64,000 nucleotides of DNA from Pseudolabrys sp. (GCA_035556455.1 DATMEX010000026.1:3574-67573), one strand, 5' to 3'. Positions 39,114-49,221 are shown, numbered from the stretch's first letter. The notes: generated by a model not told the origin, from the letters alone. Numbers and translations are program-made.

Positions 39114-40325
39114 ATGGCTCAACGACCTGCAGCCTTGAAACGCCCGCCGGCGGACCCCGATCGGACCGCCATTTCCGACCGCGGAACGGAGCTGCCCTCC
39201 GCGCCGGCGGGTGCAAAGGGCGAGCGCGTCGACGATCTCACCGGCTTGCTCGGCGTCGTGGTCGAGCACGAGCGCCGCCGCGGCCGTGGCGCGCAGTCGA
39301 ACGCCTCGGGCCGCTACGAGCCGCATGCCCGCATCGCCTTCGACGACGGCTGGCGCTCGCTGGAAGAGTTGCCGCCGTTCCAGACCACCGTGCAGGTCGA
39401 TACCACCCGCAAGGTCATCACCCGCAACCAGTCGCCGGACATCGGCTTCGACCGCTCGATCAATCCCTATCGCGGCTGCGAGCATGGCTGCGTCTATTGC
39501 TTCGCCCGGCCGACGCACGCGTATCTCGGCCTGTCCCCGGGGCTCGATTTCGAATCCAAGCTATTCGTCAAGCCGGAGGCAGCCGACCTCCTTGAACGTG
39601 AGCTGTCTTCGCCGAACTATTCGCCGAAGGTGATCGCGATCGGCACCAATACCGACCCGTATCAGCCGATCGAGCGGCGCTACAAGGTGATGCGCCGCAT
39701 TCTCGAAACGCTGGACCGCGCCGGCCACCCGGTCGGCATCGTGACGAAATCGGCGCTGGTGACGCGCGATCTCGACATCCTCGCGCGCATGGCAGAGCGC
39801 AACCTCGTCAAGGTGGCGCTGTCGGTGACGACGCTCGATCCGGTGCTGGCGCGCAAGATGGAGCCGCGCGCGGCAACGCCGATGAAGCGGCTCGAGGCCT
39901 TGCGGCAGCTGTCGCAGGCTGGCGTGCCGACCACGGTGATGGTGGCGCCGATCATCCCGGCGCTGAACGACAGCGAGATCGAACGCATCCTCGACGCGGC
40001 GGCCGCCGCCGGCGTGAAGGAGGCGGGCTATGTCATGCTGCGCCTGCCGCTCGAAGTGCGCGACCTGTTCCGCGAATGGCTGGAAGCCAACTATCCCGAC
40101 CGCGCCGGCCATGTGTTCAAGCTAGTGCGCGAAATGCGCGGCGGCAGGGACTACGACTCCGAATGGGGCACGCGCATGAAAGGCAAGGGGCCTTACGCCT
40201 GGCTGATCGGCCGCCGTTTCGAGCTTGCATGCGAAAAGCGCGGTCTCAACGTCGCCAAGCGCAGGCTATCGACCGAGCACTTCAGGCATCCTAAGGCGAA
40301 CGACGCGCAGATGAGTTTGTTTTAG
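39114..40325 (+). CDS. PA0069-family (SplB-like) radical SAM protein
   Basis: RRRGRGAQSNASGRYE, NPYRGCEHGCVYCFAR (CxxxCxxC), TNTDPYQPIER. Confidence 0.9.
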   Translation: MAQRPAALKRPPADPDRTAISDRGTELPSAPAGAKGERVDDLTGLLGVVVEHERRRGRGAQSNASGRYEPHARIAFDDGWRSLEELPPFQTTVQVDTTRKVITRNQSPDIGFDRSINPYRGCEHGCVYCFARPTHAYLGLSPGLDFESKLFVKPEAADLLERELSSPNYSPKVIAIGTNTDPYQPIERRYKVMRRILETLDRAGHPVGIVTKSALVTRDLDILARMAERNLVKVALSVTTLDPVLARKMEPRAATPMKRLEALRQLSQAGVPTTVMVAPIIPALNDSEIERILDAAAAAGVKEAGYVMLRLPLEVRDLFREWLEANYPDRAGHVFKLVREMRGGRDYDSEWGTRMKGKGPYAWLIGRRFELACEKRGLNVAKRRLSTEHFRHPKANDAQMSLF

Positions 40326-40333
40326 GTTTCTGC

Positions 40334-40434
40334 GTCGTCCTCCGCGAAGGCGGAGGACCCAGCGCTGTTTTCCGCGAAAGCGCTGGATCGCCCGCCTTCG
40401 CGGGCGATGACGAGGTTTCGCGGGCGATGACGAG
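40334..40434. repeat. REP-like doublet, family A variant with duplicated right end
   Basis: GTCCTCCGCGAAGGCGGAGGACCCAG...CTGGATCGCCCGCCTTCGCGGGCGATGAC; TTCGCGGGCGATGACGAG repeated at 40397 and 40417. Confidence 0.8.
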
Positions 40435-40507
40435 TCCTGTCCCCACTATCCACCCGCGGACGTGAATAGGGTTGAACGGGGCCCCGAGTCGGGCGTAGGC
40501 ATCGCCC

Positions 40508-41332
40508 ATGGCTCCCGCCCCGAAAAAGAAAGCCGCGGCGAAACCGGCCGCGAAGTCTGCCGGCAAACCCGCGGCCAAACCCGCGGCCAAGGTTGCAGGC
40601 AAGGCTGTCGCCAAGGCTGCCGCCAAGGTTGCAAGCAAGCCGCAATTGCCGCTGGCTGAGCCGGCTCTGCGGCCGACCTTCCGGCGCGAGCGCCGCGCCT
40701 TCAAGGCGGGCATCTTTCCGGTCGCCGGCTGCGACGAGGCGGGGCGCGGACCGCTGGCCGGGCCGGTGGTGTCCGCCGCCGTCATCCTCGATCCCGACCG
40801 CATCCCGCGCGGGCTCAACGATTCCAAGAAGCTCGACGCCGAAGCGCGCGAGAAGCTTTACGACAAGATCTGCGCGACGGCGCAGGTTTCGGTCGCCTTC
40901 GCCTCGGTCGATCGCATCGATCGCGATAATATCCTGCGCGCCTCGCTGTGGTCTTCGGCGCGTGCCGTGAAGGCGCTGCCGGTTCGGCCCAAGCTCGTCT
41001 TTATGGACGGCAACATGAAGATCGACTGCGGCTGCGATTGCGAGGCCGTGGTCTCGGGCGACGCGCTGGTGCTCTCGGTGGCGGCGGCCTCGATCGTCGC
41101 CAAGGTGACGCGCGACCGCTACATGAAGCGGCTGGCCGAAGCCTATCCGGGCTACGGCTTCGAGCGGCACATGGGCTACAGCGTGCCCGAACATTTCCGA
41201 GCCTTGCAGGCGCTCGGCCCGACACCGCACCACCGCCGCTCCTTCGCGCCGGTGGCGGCCAAGTTCGCCGCAATGGGCGAGCGGCTGGAGGATGTGCCCG
41301 ACGAGGCGCTCGCGGCCGTGTTGCCACTTTAG
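40508..41332 (+). CDS. rnhB: Ribonuclease HII with Lys/Ala-rich N-terminal extension
   Basis: [47 protein letters not shown]. Confidence 0.95.
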   Translation: MAPAPKKKAAAKPAAKSAGKPAAKPAAKVAGKAVAKAAAKVASKPQLPLAEPALRPTFRRERRAFKAGIFPVAGCDEAGRGPLAGPVVSAAVILDPDRIPRGLNDSKKLDAEAREKLYDKICATAQVSVAFASVDRIDRDNILRASLWSSARAVKALPVRPKLVFMDGNMKIDCGCDCEAVVSGDALVLSVAAASIVAKVTRDRYMKRLAEAYPGYGFERHMGYSVPEHFRALQALGPTPHHRRSFAPVAAKFAAMGERLEDVPDEALAAVLPL

Positions 41333-41400
41333 GCGGCGTTCTTTATTGCTTTGCTTGCTTCGCTCTGCCCGCTTGCGGGTAGAGGCAACGAGCAGGCCCA

Positions 41401-42939
41401 ATGCACCACGTCTCCCTGATCATCGAATTCCTGCGCGGCCGGCCCAAGGTCGTGTTCTGGTTCGTGGCGCTGTCGCAGGGCGTGCTGTGGTCACTGATCC
41501 CGACGCTGTTCTTTTCATCGCCGCCCGGCGACGTGCCGCTGGTGCTGGCGGTCGGCCGCGAATTCATGCTCGGCAGCTATCTCGGTCCGCCGCTGGCGTT
41601 CTGGCTGGCCGAGATTGCGTTCCGCGGCGCCGGCATGTTCGGCCTCTATGCGCTGTCGCAGGTCTGTATCGTTGTCGCGCTGTGGGCCGTCTTCACGCTC
41701 GGCCGCTCGGTGATCGGCACGCGCCATGCCGTGCTTGCCATCCTGCTGATGGTCGGCATTGCCGCCTTCACGGTGCCGAGCCCCGCTTTCGGCCCGGCGG
41801 TGCTCGCCATTCCGTTGTGGGCGCTGGCGCTGATGCATTACTGGCGCGCGCTCGGCGAGGGCAGGCGCGGCAGCTGGTTTCTCGTTGCCGTCGATCTCGG
41901 CCTGCTGCTGCTCACGCATGACGCCGGAGTCGTGCTGGTGGTGCTGATGATCGTGTTCACCCCGCTGACGCGGCGCGGTCGCGAGGCGCTCGGCCATCCC
42001 GAACCGTGGCTGGCGCTGCTGTTGCTCGCCGTGGTGATCGCGCCCTATGCCGCCTGGCTGAGCCGGTTCTGGCCGCAGGTCGCCGCGACGCTTCAGGAAG
42101 CCGCGGCGGGCGTATCAGCCTTGCGGCTCACCGGTGCGCTGGTCGCGGTGCATCTCGGCCTGCTGCTGCTCGCCATGCTCTCGACCGGCATCGGCCGCGG
42201 CCGCAATGAGCGCGCACCGGAGATCGACCGCAGTCCCGCCGAGCCGGCAGCGCGCGCCTTCGTCTATTTCTTCGCGCTGGCGCCGGCGCTGGTCGTCATC
42301 GCGCTGGTGCTGATCGGCGAGCGCGTGCCGCAAGCCGCGCTGCTGACGTCATTCGGCGCGCTGACGACATGGTCGGTGCTGGCGCCGCTCGCCCTGTTGT
42401 CCGGCATGGCGGTGGTGCTCGTCGCCGGCAACCGCGTGCTCATCTACCGCGAGCGGCTGGTGTCGTCGTCATGGTTGGCGCTGCTGGTGGCGCCGCCGCT
42501 GCTGCTCGCCTTGAGCCTGCTCGTCGTGCCGTGGACCTTCGCGCGCGATACCCGCCTGGCACAGCCGTCCGGCGCCGCGGCGCAGTTCTTTGCCGACACC
42601 TATCAGCGCCGCACCGGCAAGCCGCTGCAGTATATCAGCGGCGACGCGAGACTGGCGCCGCTGATTGCCATGATGGCGCCGGGCGGGCCGGAAGGCCGGC
42701 CGCATGTGTTCTTTGCCTGGGCGCCGCAGCGCAGTCCCTGGGTCAGCGTCGATGACATTGCGGCCCATGGCGGCGTGCTGGTCTGGCCGGCGGCTGCGAA
42801 CAACGCCGTGCCCGAGGATCTGCGCACGCAGTTTCCCGGTCTGGTGCCGGAACTGCCGCGTCAGTTCGATCGCGCCGTGCAGGGCCGCCTGCCGCCGATC
42901 CGCATCGGCTGGGCGGTGCTGCGCCCGCCGGCGCAGTAG
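41401..42939 (+). CDS. GT39/ArnT-like polytopic glycosyltransferase
   Basis: Many TM segments; GPPLAFWLAE N-terminal motif and a soluble C-terminal domain. Confidence 0.75.
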   Translation: MHHVSLIIEFLRGRPKVVFWFVALSQGVLWSLIPTLFFSSPPGDVPLVLAVGREFMLGSYLGPPLAFWLAEIAFRGAGMFGLYALSQVCIVVALWAVFTLGRSVIGTRHAVLAILLMVGIAAFTVPSPAFGPAVLAIPLWALALMHYWRALGEGRRGSWFLVAVDLGLLLLTHDAGVVLVVLMIVFTPLTRRGREALGHPEPWLALLLLAVVIAPYAAWLSRFWPQVAATLQEAAAGVSALRLTGALVAVHLGLLLLAMLSTGIGRGRNERAPEIDRSPAEPAARAFVYFFALAPALVVIALVLIGERVPQAALLTSFGALTTWSVLAPLALLSGMAVVLVAGNRVLIYRERLVSSSWLALLVAPPLLLALSLLVVPWTFARDTRLAQPSGAAAQFFADTYQRRTGKPLQYISGDARLAPLIAMMAPGGPEGRPHVFFAWAPQRSPWVSVDDIAAHGGVLVWPAAANNAVPEDLRTQFPGLVPELPRQFDRAVQGRLPPIRIGWAVLRPPAQ

Positions 42940-42945
42940 TTTCAC

Positions 42946-43046
42946 GTCGTTCCGGGGCTGGCCGAAGGCCAGAACCCGGAATCCAGCAACACATTCAGAG
43001 CCTGTTTCTGGATTCCGGATCGACGCTTCGCGTCGTCCGGAATGAC
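42946..43046. repeat. REP/RIME-like element, family B
   Basis: GTCGTTCCGGGGCTGGCCGAAGGCCAGAACCCGGAATCC...GGATTCCGG...CCGGAATGAC; left arm nearly identical to the copy at 31193. Confidence 0.88.
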
Positions 43047-43049
43047 GGA

Positions 43050-44060
43050 TCAGTGATAGCTCTCGCCCTCGCGCACCTTGCCGCGGAAAATCCAGTACAC
43101 GAAGATGACGTAACCGATGACCATCGGCAGCAGGAACAACGTGCCGATCAGCATGAACACCTGGCTGCTCGCGGAGGCCGCGGTGTCCCAGATCGTCAGT
43201 GACGGCGGCACCAGATACGGATAGTTCGAGATCACCAGCCCGACATAGCCGAGCATGAACAGCGCGATCGACGCCAGGAACGGCGGCACTTCGCGGCCGC
43301 GCTCGATCCAGTGCCAGCAGGCGAAGGCGATGAGCGCAGTGATCGTCGGCACCGGCCACAGGAAATAGAAGTTCGGCAGCGAGAACCAGCGCTCGGCGAT
43401 GCGCGGTTCGGCGAACGGCGTGTAGGCGCTCACCGCCGCCATGCAGACCAGCACCGCGATCAGCCAGTACTTGGCCTGCGATTGCGCGCGCGCCGCGACC
43501 TTGCCGTCGGTTTTCATATGAAGCCAGGTGGTGCCGAGCAATGCATAACCGGCGATCAGCGACACGCCGCACAGGAACGAGAACGGCGTCGCCCAGTCGA
43601 AATGACCGCCGGAGAATTCGCCTTTGGTGACCGTGATGCCCTGCACCAGGCCGCCGAGGATGACGCCCTGGGCGAAGGCCGCCACCACCGAGCCGACCGT
43701 GAAGGCGAAGCTCCAGCCGGTCTTGCTGTGCGACACGGTGCGGAATTCGAAGGCGACGCCGCGAAACACCAGCGCCACCAGCATCACGATCACCGGGATA
43801 TAGAGCGCCGGCATGATCACCGAATAGGCGCGCGGGAAGGCGACGAACAGGCCGACGCCGCCGAGGATCAGCCAGGTCTCGTTGCCGTCCCAGAACGGCG
43901 CGATGGTGCGCATCATCTGATCGCGTTCGGTCTCGCTCTTGGTGAACGGAAACAAGACGCCGATGCCGAGATCGAAGCCGTCGAGGACGATATACATCGC
44001 CACCGCGACGCCGATCAGCGCGGCCCAGATCAGCGGGAGATACATTTCCATGGAAGCCAT
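43050..44060 (-). CDS. cydB: Cytochrome bd (Cio-type) oxidase subunit II
   Basis: LDGFDLGIG, PFWDGNETWL, FRGVAFEFR, YPYLVPPSLTIWD. Confidence 0.95.
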   Translation of the reverse strand: MASMEMYLPLIWAALIGVAVAMYIVLDGFDLGIGVLFPFTKSETERDQMMRTIAPFWDGNETWLILGGVGLFVAFPRAYSVIMPALYIPVIVMLVALVFRGVAFEFRTVSHSKTGWSFAFTVGSVVAAFAQGVILGGLVQGITVTKGEFSGGHFDWATPFSFLCGVSLIAGYALLGTTWLHMKTDGKVAARAQSQAKYWLIAVLVCMAAVSAYTPFAEPRIAERWFSLPNFYFLWPVPTITALIAFACWHWIERGREVPPFLASIALFMLGYVGLVISNYPYLVPPSLTIWDTAASASSQVFMLIGTLFLLPMVIGYVIFVYWIFRGKVREGESYH

Positions 44061-44075
44061 GGCGCGTCCCCTTCC

Positions 44076-45467
44076 TCAGATGTCGCGATCGGCGGGCTTG
44101 GCGGCCGCCATGCGGTTGCCGGCGAGGAAGCCGGCGTCGTCCGCGCCGTGGCCGCCATTGTCGGGCCCCAGATTGATCAGCTGGTTCATGTAATAGATGC
44201 CGAACGAGAACACGATGCCGTAGGCGACGATGAACAGCGCCAGGGTGCCGAGCACTGTGGCGCCGGGCACGGGCGACACGCCGTCGGCGGTTCGCAGGAT
44301 ATTATAGACGAGCCAGGGCTGACGGCCGCTTTCGGTGACGACCCAGCCGGCGATCACGGCGACGAAGCCGGCCCACCAGGTGTTGGCGACGATGCGCAGG
44401 AACCAGCGCGTCTCGAACAAGGTGCCGCGCCACCACAGGAAAGCGCCGTACAGCGCGGCCGCGATCATGAAGAAGCCGATCGCCAGCATGATCCGGAAGG
44501 CGAAGAATACCGATACGACCGGCGGCCGCTGATCCGGCGGCACGCTGGTCAGACCGGGGATCAGGCCGTTCCATGAATGTGTCAGAATGAGCGATGAGCC
44601 GTGCGGGATCGAAATCTCGAAGCGGTTCTTCTCGGCCTTTTCGTCGGGCCAGGCGAAGATATGGAAGTCGGCGGGCTTGGAGCCGTCCCAGTGGCCTTCC
44701 ATGGCCGCGACCTTGATCGGCTGATGTTTGAGCGTGTTGAGGCCGTGCTGGTCGCCGATGAACAGCTGCAGCGGCGCCAGGATCACGGCGAGACCGATGC
44801 CCATGCGCAGCATGGTGCGGCCTTCGCGCAAGTGGCGGCCGGCGAGCAGGAAGCGCGCGCCGACCCCGATCACGACGAAAGCCGTCGTGAGATAGGCCGC
44901 GTTCAGCATATGCGCGAAGCGATAGGGGAAGCTCGGGTTGAAGATGATCTTGAGCCAGTCGACCGGCACCGCGACGCCGTTCTCGATGGCGTGGCCGGCC
45001 GGCGTCTGCATCCAGCTATTGGCGGCGAGAATCCAGAACGCCGAGCTCATGGTGCCGAAGGCGACCACGGCGGCGGACAACGTGTAGAGCCACGGCGGCA
45101 CGCGGCTGAAGCCGAACAGCAGAATGCCGAGGAAGGTTGCTTCGAGGAAGAAGGCCGCCAGCACTTCGTATCCGAGCAGCGGGCCGATGACATCGCCGGA
45201 GAAGGCGGAGAAGCGACTCCAGTTGGTGCCGAACTGATAGGACAGCACGATGCCGGAAACGACGCCCATGGCGAAGGACACGGCGAAGATCCGCACCCAG
45301 AAGCGCATCAGGCGCTGATAGCGCTCCTCGCCGGTGTAGACCCACAGCCCGCCAAGCGTGGCGAGCCAGGCCGACAGGCCGATGGTGAAGCTGGGAAAGA
45401 TGATATGAAAGACGACGGTGAAGGCGAATTGCAGGCGAGCGAGCAGGACTGGATCGGCATCCATCAT
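44076..45467 (-). CDS. cydA: Cytochrome bd (Cio-type) oxidase subunit I
   Basis: LARLQFAFTVVFHIIF, FFLEATF, QPIKVAAMEG, GWVVTESGRQPW. Confidence 0.95.
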   Translation of the reverse strand: MMDADPVLLARLQFAFTVVFHIIFPSFTIGLSAWLATLGGLWVYTGEERYQRLMRFWVRIFAVSFAMGVVSGIVLSYQFGTNWSRFSAFSGDVIGPLLGYEVLAAFFLEATFLGILLFGFSRVPPWLYTLSAAVVAFGTMSSAFWILAANSWMQTPAGHAIENGVAVPVDWLKIIFNPSFPYRFAHMLNAAYLTTAFVVIGVGARFLLAGRHLREGRTMLRMGIGLAVILAPLQLFIGDQHGLNTLKHQPIKVAAMEGHWDGSKPADFHIFAWPDEKAEKNRFEISIPHGSSLILTHSWNGLIPGLTSVPPDQRPPVVSVFFAFRIMLAIGFFMIAAALYGAFLWWRGTLFETRWFLRIVANTWWAGFVAVIAGWVVTESGRQPWLVYNILRTADGVSPVPGATVLGTLALFIVAYGIVFSFGIYYMNQLINLGPDNGGHGADDAGFLAGNRMAAAKPADRDI

Positions 45468-45667
45468 TGCGATCTCCCGGCGGCCGCCCCCACGCGCGAC
45501 CACGGCTTGAATTTACGCCAGCTCTATATCTGAATCCAGCGCGGCGAGTTATGCAGCTGGCGTTGTTCCGACCTGCGCGGTTCGATGCAAATGGTACTTA
45601 ATGCCGGATATCGGGTAGTTGGGTGTCTAATGCGCCGACATGACGCATGGCGCGATCGAGGACGAGC

Positions 45668-46099
45668 ATGAGCATCTGGTCATCCTGGCAGGTCTGGGCG
45701 GTGCTGTCGGCGATGTTCGCCGCGCTCACGGCGATCTTCGCCAAGGTCGGCATCGAGAACATCAATTCCGACTTCGCCACCTTCATCCGCACCATCGTCA
45801 TCCTGATGACGTTGGCGCTCATTCTGTTCGCCACCGGACAATTCCAGTCGCCGGGCAGCGTCACGCCGCGCACTTATGTCTTTCTCGTGCTGTCGGGGCT
45901 GGCGACCGGCGCGTCGTGGATCTGTTACTTCCGCGCGCTCAAGATCGGGGAGGCGGCCAAGGTCGCGCCGATCGACAAGCTCAGCGTGGTGCTGGTCGCG
46001 ATCTTTGGCGTCATCTTCCTGGGCGAACGGCTGTCGGGACCGAATTGGCTCGGCGTCGCCTTGATCGCGGCGGGGGCGGTATTGGTGGCGTATCGTTAG
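45668..46099 (+). CDS. Single-domain EamA/DMT family membrane protein
   Basis: FAALTAIFAKVG, SWICYFRALK, APIDKLSV. Confidence 0.88.
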   Translation: MSIWSSWQVWAVLSAMFAALTAIFAKVGIENINSDFATFIRTIVILMTLALILFATGQFQSPGSVTPRTYVFLVLSGLATGASWICYFRALKIGEAAKVAPIDKLSVVLVAIFGVIFLGERLSGPNWLGVALIAAGAVLVAYR

Positions 46100-46102
46100 G
46101 TT

Positions 46103-46172
46103 CGTAGCCCGGGTGTAGCGTAGCGAAACCCGGGTCCGCCGTTCCCGGATTTCGCTACGCTCATCCGGGCTA
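46103..46172. repeat. REP-like doublet, family E (GTAG-type)
   Basis: GTAGCCCGGGTGTAGCGTAGCGAAACCCGGG...CCCGGATTTCGCTACGCTCATCCGGGCTAC, between convergent genes. Confidence 0.8.
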
Positions 46173-46186
46173 CAAAGGCCACGCTG

Positions 46187-46999
46187 CTATCCGTTCTCCA
46201 GCGCCTTCTTGATCGCCAGCAGATCGCGCCAGGCGAAGCGCTTCTGCAATGGCGAGCGCAGCAGGAAGGCCGGATGGAAGGTGGCGATAGCCTTGATGTC
46301 GCGCTTGCCGGTGTTGAAAGTGACCCAGCGGCCGCGCGCTTTCGTGATCGGCTCCATCAGTCCGAGCAAGGTCTGCATCGACGGCTTGCCGAGGCAGACC
46401 AGGACATCCGGATCGACCAGTTCGATCTGTCGCAGGATGAAGGGCAGGCAGACCGCCGACTCATGCGGACTCGGATCGCGATTGCCGGGCGGCCGCCACG
46501 GCACGATGTTGGCGATGTAGGCCGAGGTGCGGTCGAGCCCGATCGCCTTGAGCATCTGGTCGAGCAGCTTGCCCGAGCGGCCGACGAAGGGCAGGCCCTC
46601 GATATCCTCGTCGCGGCCGGGCGCTTCGCCGACCAGCATGATCCGCGCCTCCGGGTTGCCGTCGGCGAACACGGTGCGCGTCGCCGTCGCCTTCAGCGCG
46701 CAGCCGTCGAACTTCTCCAGGATGGCGCGCAGCTCGTCGAGCGTCGCCGCGCTCCTGGCCGCCGCGCGTGCCGCATTCGCGGCTTCGTCGGGCGCTTGCG
46801 GTGCCGGCCGTGCCGCGGGAGCGGCGGCGACCGGAGCGGCCTCGCGCACGAGGGCGGGCCGGTCGGGCGCTTTCGGCGGGGCCGGGGCCTCGACCGCGGC
46901 AAAACGGTCCACCGGCTCCTCGCCGACAAAGGCATCGGCCCCGGCGTCGAGATAGAACTCGATCAGGTCGCGCGCGTTGAGGTCGGGGAATTCCGTCAT
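46187..46999 (-). CDS. Uracil-DNA glycosylase family 4
   Basis: GCALKAT, VGEAPGRDED, PFVGRSG, WRPPGNR, TFHPAFLLR. Confidence 0.93.
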   Translation of the reverse strand: MTEFPDLNARDLIEFYLDAGADAFVGEEPVDRFAAVEAPAPPKAPDRPALVREAAPVAAAPAARPAPQAPDEAANAARAAARSAATLDELRAILEKFDGCALKATATRTVFADGNPEARIMLVGEAPGRDEDIEGLPFVGRSGKLLDQMLKAIGLDRTSAYIANIVPWRPPGNRDPSPHESAVCLPFILRQIELVDPDVLVCLGKPSMQTLLGLMEPITKARGRWVTFNTGKRDIKAIATFHPAFLLRSPLQKRFAWRDLLAIKKALENG

Positions 47000-47140
47000 C
47001 TGGTTATTCTAGCACAACGAAATCGTATGGCCGGGCGATTGCCCACGCTGTGCAAAAATGTTCAATAGAAGCGTTATGAACTGCGTTTCGGGGGCAGAGG
47101 CAGCGATTTTCGCGCCGTTCGCCCATTTCAGGAGGCCTCG

Positions 47141-48790
47141 ATGACCGATCTGCCCGCCCGCGAAGCTATGGAGTTCGACGTCGTCGTGGTCGGCGCCGGC
47201 CCCGCCGGCCTCGCCGCGGCCATCCGCCTCAAGCAGATCAATGCCGACCTCTCGGTGGTCGTGGTCGAGAAGGGTTCCGAGGTCGGCGCGCACATCCTGT
47301 CCGGTGCGGTGATCGACCCGTCCGGGCTCGACGCCCTGCTGCCGGACTGGCGCTCGGAAGACACGCCGATCAAGACCAAGGTCACCGACGATCGCTTCTA
47401 CTGGCTCGGCCATAGCGGCGCGGTGCGCCTGCCGAACATCATGATGCCGCCGCTGATGAACAATCACGGCAACTACATCGTCTCGCTGGGCGATGTGTGC
47501 CGCTGGCTCGGCACCAAGGCCGAAGGCCTCGGCGTGGAGATCTATCCGGGCTTTGCCGCCGCCGAAGTGCTGTACGACGACAAGGGCGCCGTGGTCGGCG
47601 TCGCCACCGGCGACATGGGCATCGGCAAGAGCGGCGAGCCGAACGCCAATTTCACGCGCGGCATGGAGCTGCGCGCCAAGTACACATTGTTCGCGGAGGG
47701 CGCGCGCGGCAATCTCGGCAAGCAGCTGCTGGCGAAGTTCAATCTGCAGGACGGCCGCGAGCCGCAGAAATTCGGCATCGGCCTCAAGGAGCTGTGGCAG
47801 GTCGCGCCCGGCAAGCACAAGAAGGGTCTGGTGCAGCATTCCTTCGGCTGGCCGCTCGACAATTCGACCGGCGGCGGCTCGTTCCTCTATCACTTCGACG
47901 ACAATCTTGTGTCGGTCGGCTTCGTCGTTCATCTCAACTACAAGAACCCGTACCTGTCGCCGTTCGAGGAATTCCAGCGCTTCAAGACGCATCCGGCGGT
48001 GCGCGACACCTTCGAAGGCGGCAAGCGTTTGTCCTATGGCGCGCGCGCCATCACCGAAGGCGGCTACCAGTCGGTGCCGAAGCTGACCTTTCCCGGCGGC
48101 GCGCTGATTGGCTGCGACGCGGGTCTCGTCAACGTGCCACGCATCAAGGGCAGCCACAACGCCGTGCTGTCCGGCATCATGGCAGCGGAAGCGGCGAGCG
48201 CCGCGCTCGCCGCGGGCCGTGCGCATGACGAACTCAGCGACTACGAGAACGGCTGGCGCGATTCCAAAATCGGCAAGGACCTCTGGCGCGTGCGCAACGC
48301 CAAGCCGCTGTGGTCGAAGTTCGGCACCTATATCGGCATCGCTCTCGGCGGTCTCGACATGTGGACCAACACGCTCGGCTTCTCGCTGTTCGGCACGCAG
48401 AAGCACGGCAAGCCTGACTTTGCGACGCTCGAGCCGGCGGCCGATAGCAAGCCCATCGACTATCCCAAGCCGGACGGCAAGCTGACCTTCGATCGTCTGT
48501 CATCGGTGTTCCTGTCGAACACCAATCACGAGGAAGACCAGCCGCCCCATCTCAAGGTCAAGGACATGGCCTTGCAGAAGTCGTCAGAGCACGACGTGTT
48601 CGCCGGTCCGTCATCGCGTTACTGTCCGGCCGGCGTTTATGAGTGGGTGGAAGAGGCGGGCAATCCCAAGTTCGTCATCAACGCGCAGAACTGCGTCCAC
48701 TGCAAAACCTGCGACATCAAGGACCCGAACCAGAACATCACCTGGGTGCCGCCGGAGGGCGCGGGCGGCCCGAACTATTCGGGGATGTGA
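47141..48790 (+). CDS. Electron transfer flavoprotein-ubiquinone oxidoreductase
   Basis: GAGPAG FAD motif, AHILSGA, C-terminal CPAGVY and CVHCKTCDIKDP 4Fe-4S ligands. Confidence 0.96.
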   Translation: MTDLPAREAMEFDVVVVGAGPAGLAAAIRLKQINADLSVVVVEKGSEVGAHILSGAVIDPSGLDALLPDWRSEDTPIKTKVTDDRFYWLGHSGAVRLPNIMMPPLMNNHGNYIVSLGDVCRWLGTKAEGLGVEIYPGFAAAEVLYDDKGAVVGVATGDMGIGKSGEPNANFTRGMELRAKYTLFAEGARGNLGKQLLAKFNLQDGREPQKFGIGLKELWQVAPGKHKKGLVQHSFGWPLDNSTGGGSFLYHFDDNLVSVGFVVHLNYKNPYLSPFEEFQRFKTHPAVRDTFEGGKRLSYGARAITEGGYQSVPKLTFPGGALIGCDAGLVNVPRIKGSHNAVLSGIMAAEAASAALAAGRAHDELSDYENGWRDSKIGKDLWRVRNAKPLWSKFGTYIGIALGGLDMWTNTLGFSLFGTQKHGKPDFATLEPAADSKPIDYPKPDGKLTFDRLSSVFLSNTNHEEDQPPHLKVKDMALQKSSEHDVFAGPSSRYCPAGVYEWVEEAGNPKFVINAQNCVHCKTCDIKDPNQNITWVPPEGAGGPNYSGM

Positions 48791-49080
48791 GGCCGGGGCG
48801 GAGCCGTCGGCGAACGCGTTCCGCGCAGCTCGACGCTCAGCATCCATTCGGCGGCCTTGATCAACCGCGCGCGCTCGCGCCAGTCCGCTTTCATCCATTG
48901 CTTGGTCAGCAGAAGGCGCGCCGTCTCCAGGACCGGGGTGGATGTGCCTTGTATCTGGCGCAGCCGCATCAGCTGCTCGAAAAGCCGGGCGCGCTCCTTG
49001 TCGATCCGGCCCTGGTCTGTCGGCGTCCGCGGCGGATGCTTCTTGGAGTGGATGAGCTGCGGGCGGTCGGAATTCGGCAC
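48775..49080 (-). CDS. Hypothetical protein (101 aa)
   Basis: GGGAGG SD before GTG at 49080; helical, charged sequence; 16-nt convergent overlap with ETF-QO. Confidence 0.5.
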   Translation of the reverse strand: MPNSDRPQLIHSKKHPPRTPTDQGRIDKERARLFEQLMRLRQIQGTSTPVLETARLLLTKQWMKADWRERARLIKAAEWMLSVELRGTRSPTAPPRPHIPE

Positions 49081-49221
49081 GGTCGAACCTCCCCGTCATG
49101 TGGCGCGGGGATTCGCACGCAAAAGACGAGTGCTTCGACGCTACCGAGGGTGGCGTAGCGCGGCGGTGAGCAAGTCGGCTCTGGGCGTAAAAATTCCGTA
49201 ACAGCGGTTCGGCAGGCCCTG

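Noticed and set aside
42940-43050. Hidden cydX small subunit after cydB
   Set aside because: A REP follows the cydB stop immediately and no suitable small ORF is visible; Cio-type oxidases often lack it.
47000-47140. LexA box for the family 4 UDG gene
   Set aside because: GTTC is present but the second half-site at N7 is not (GTTC-aatagaa-GCGT).
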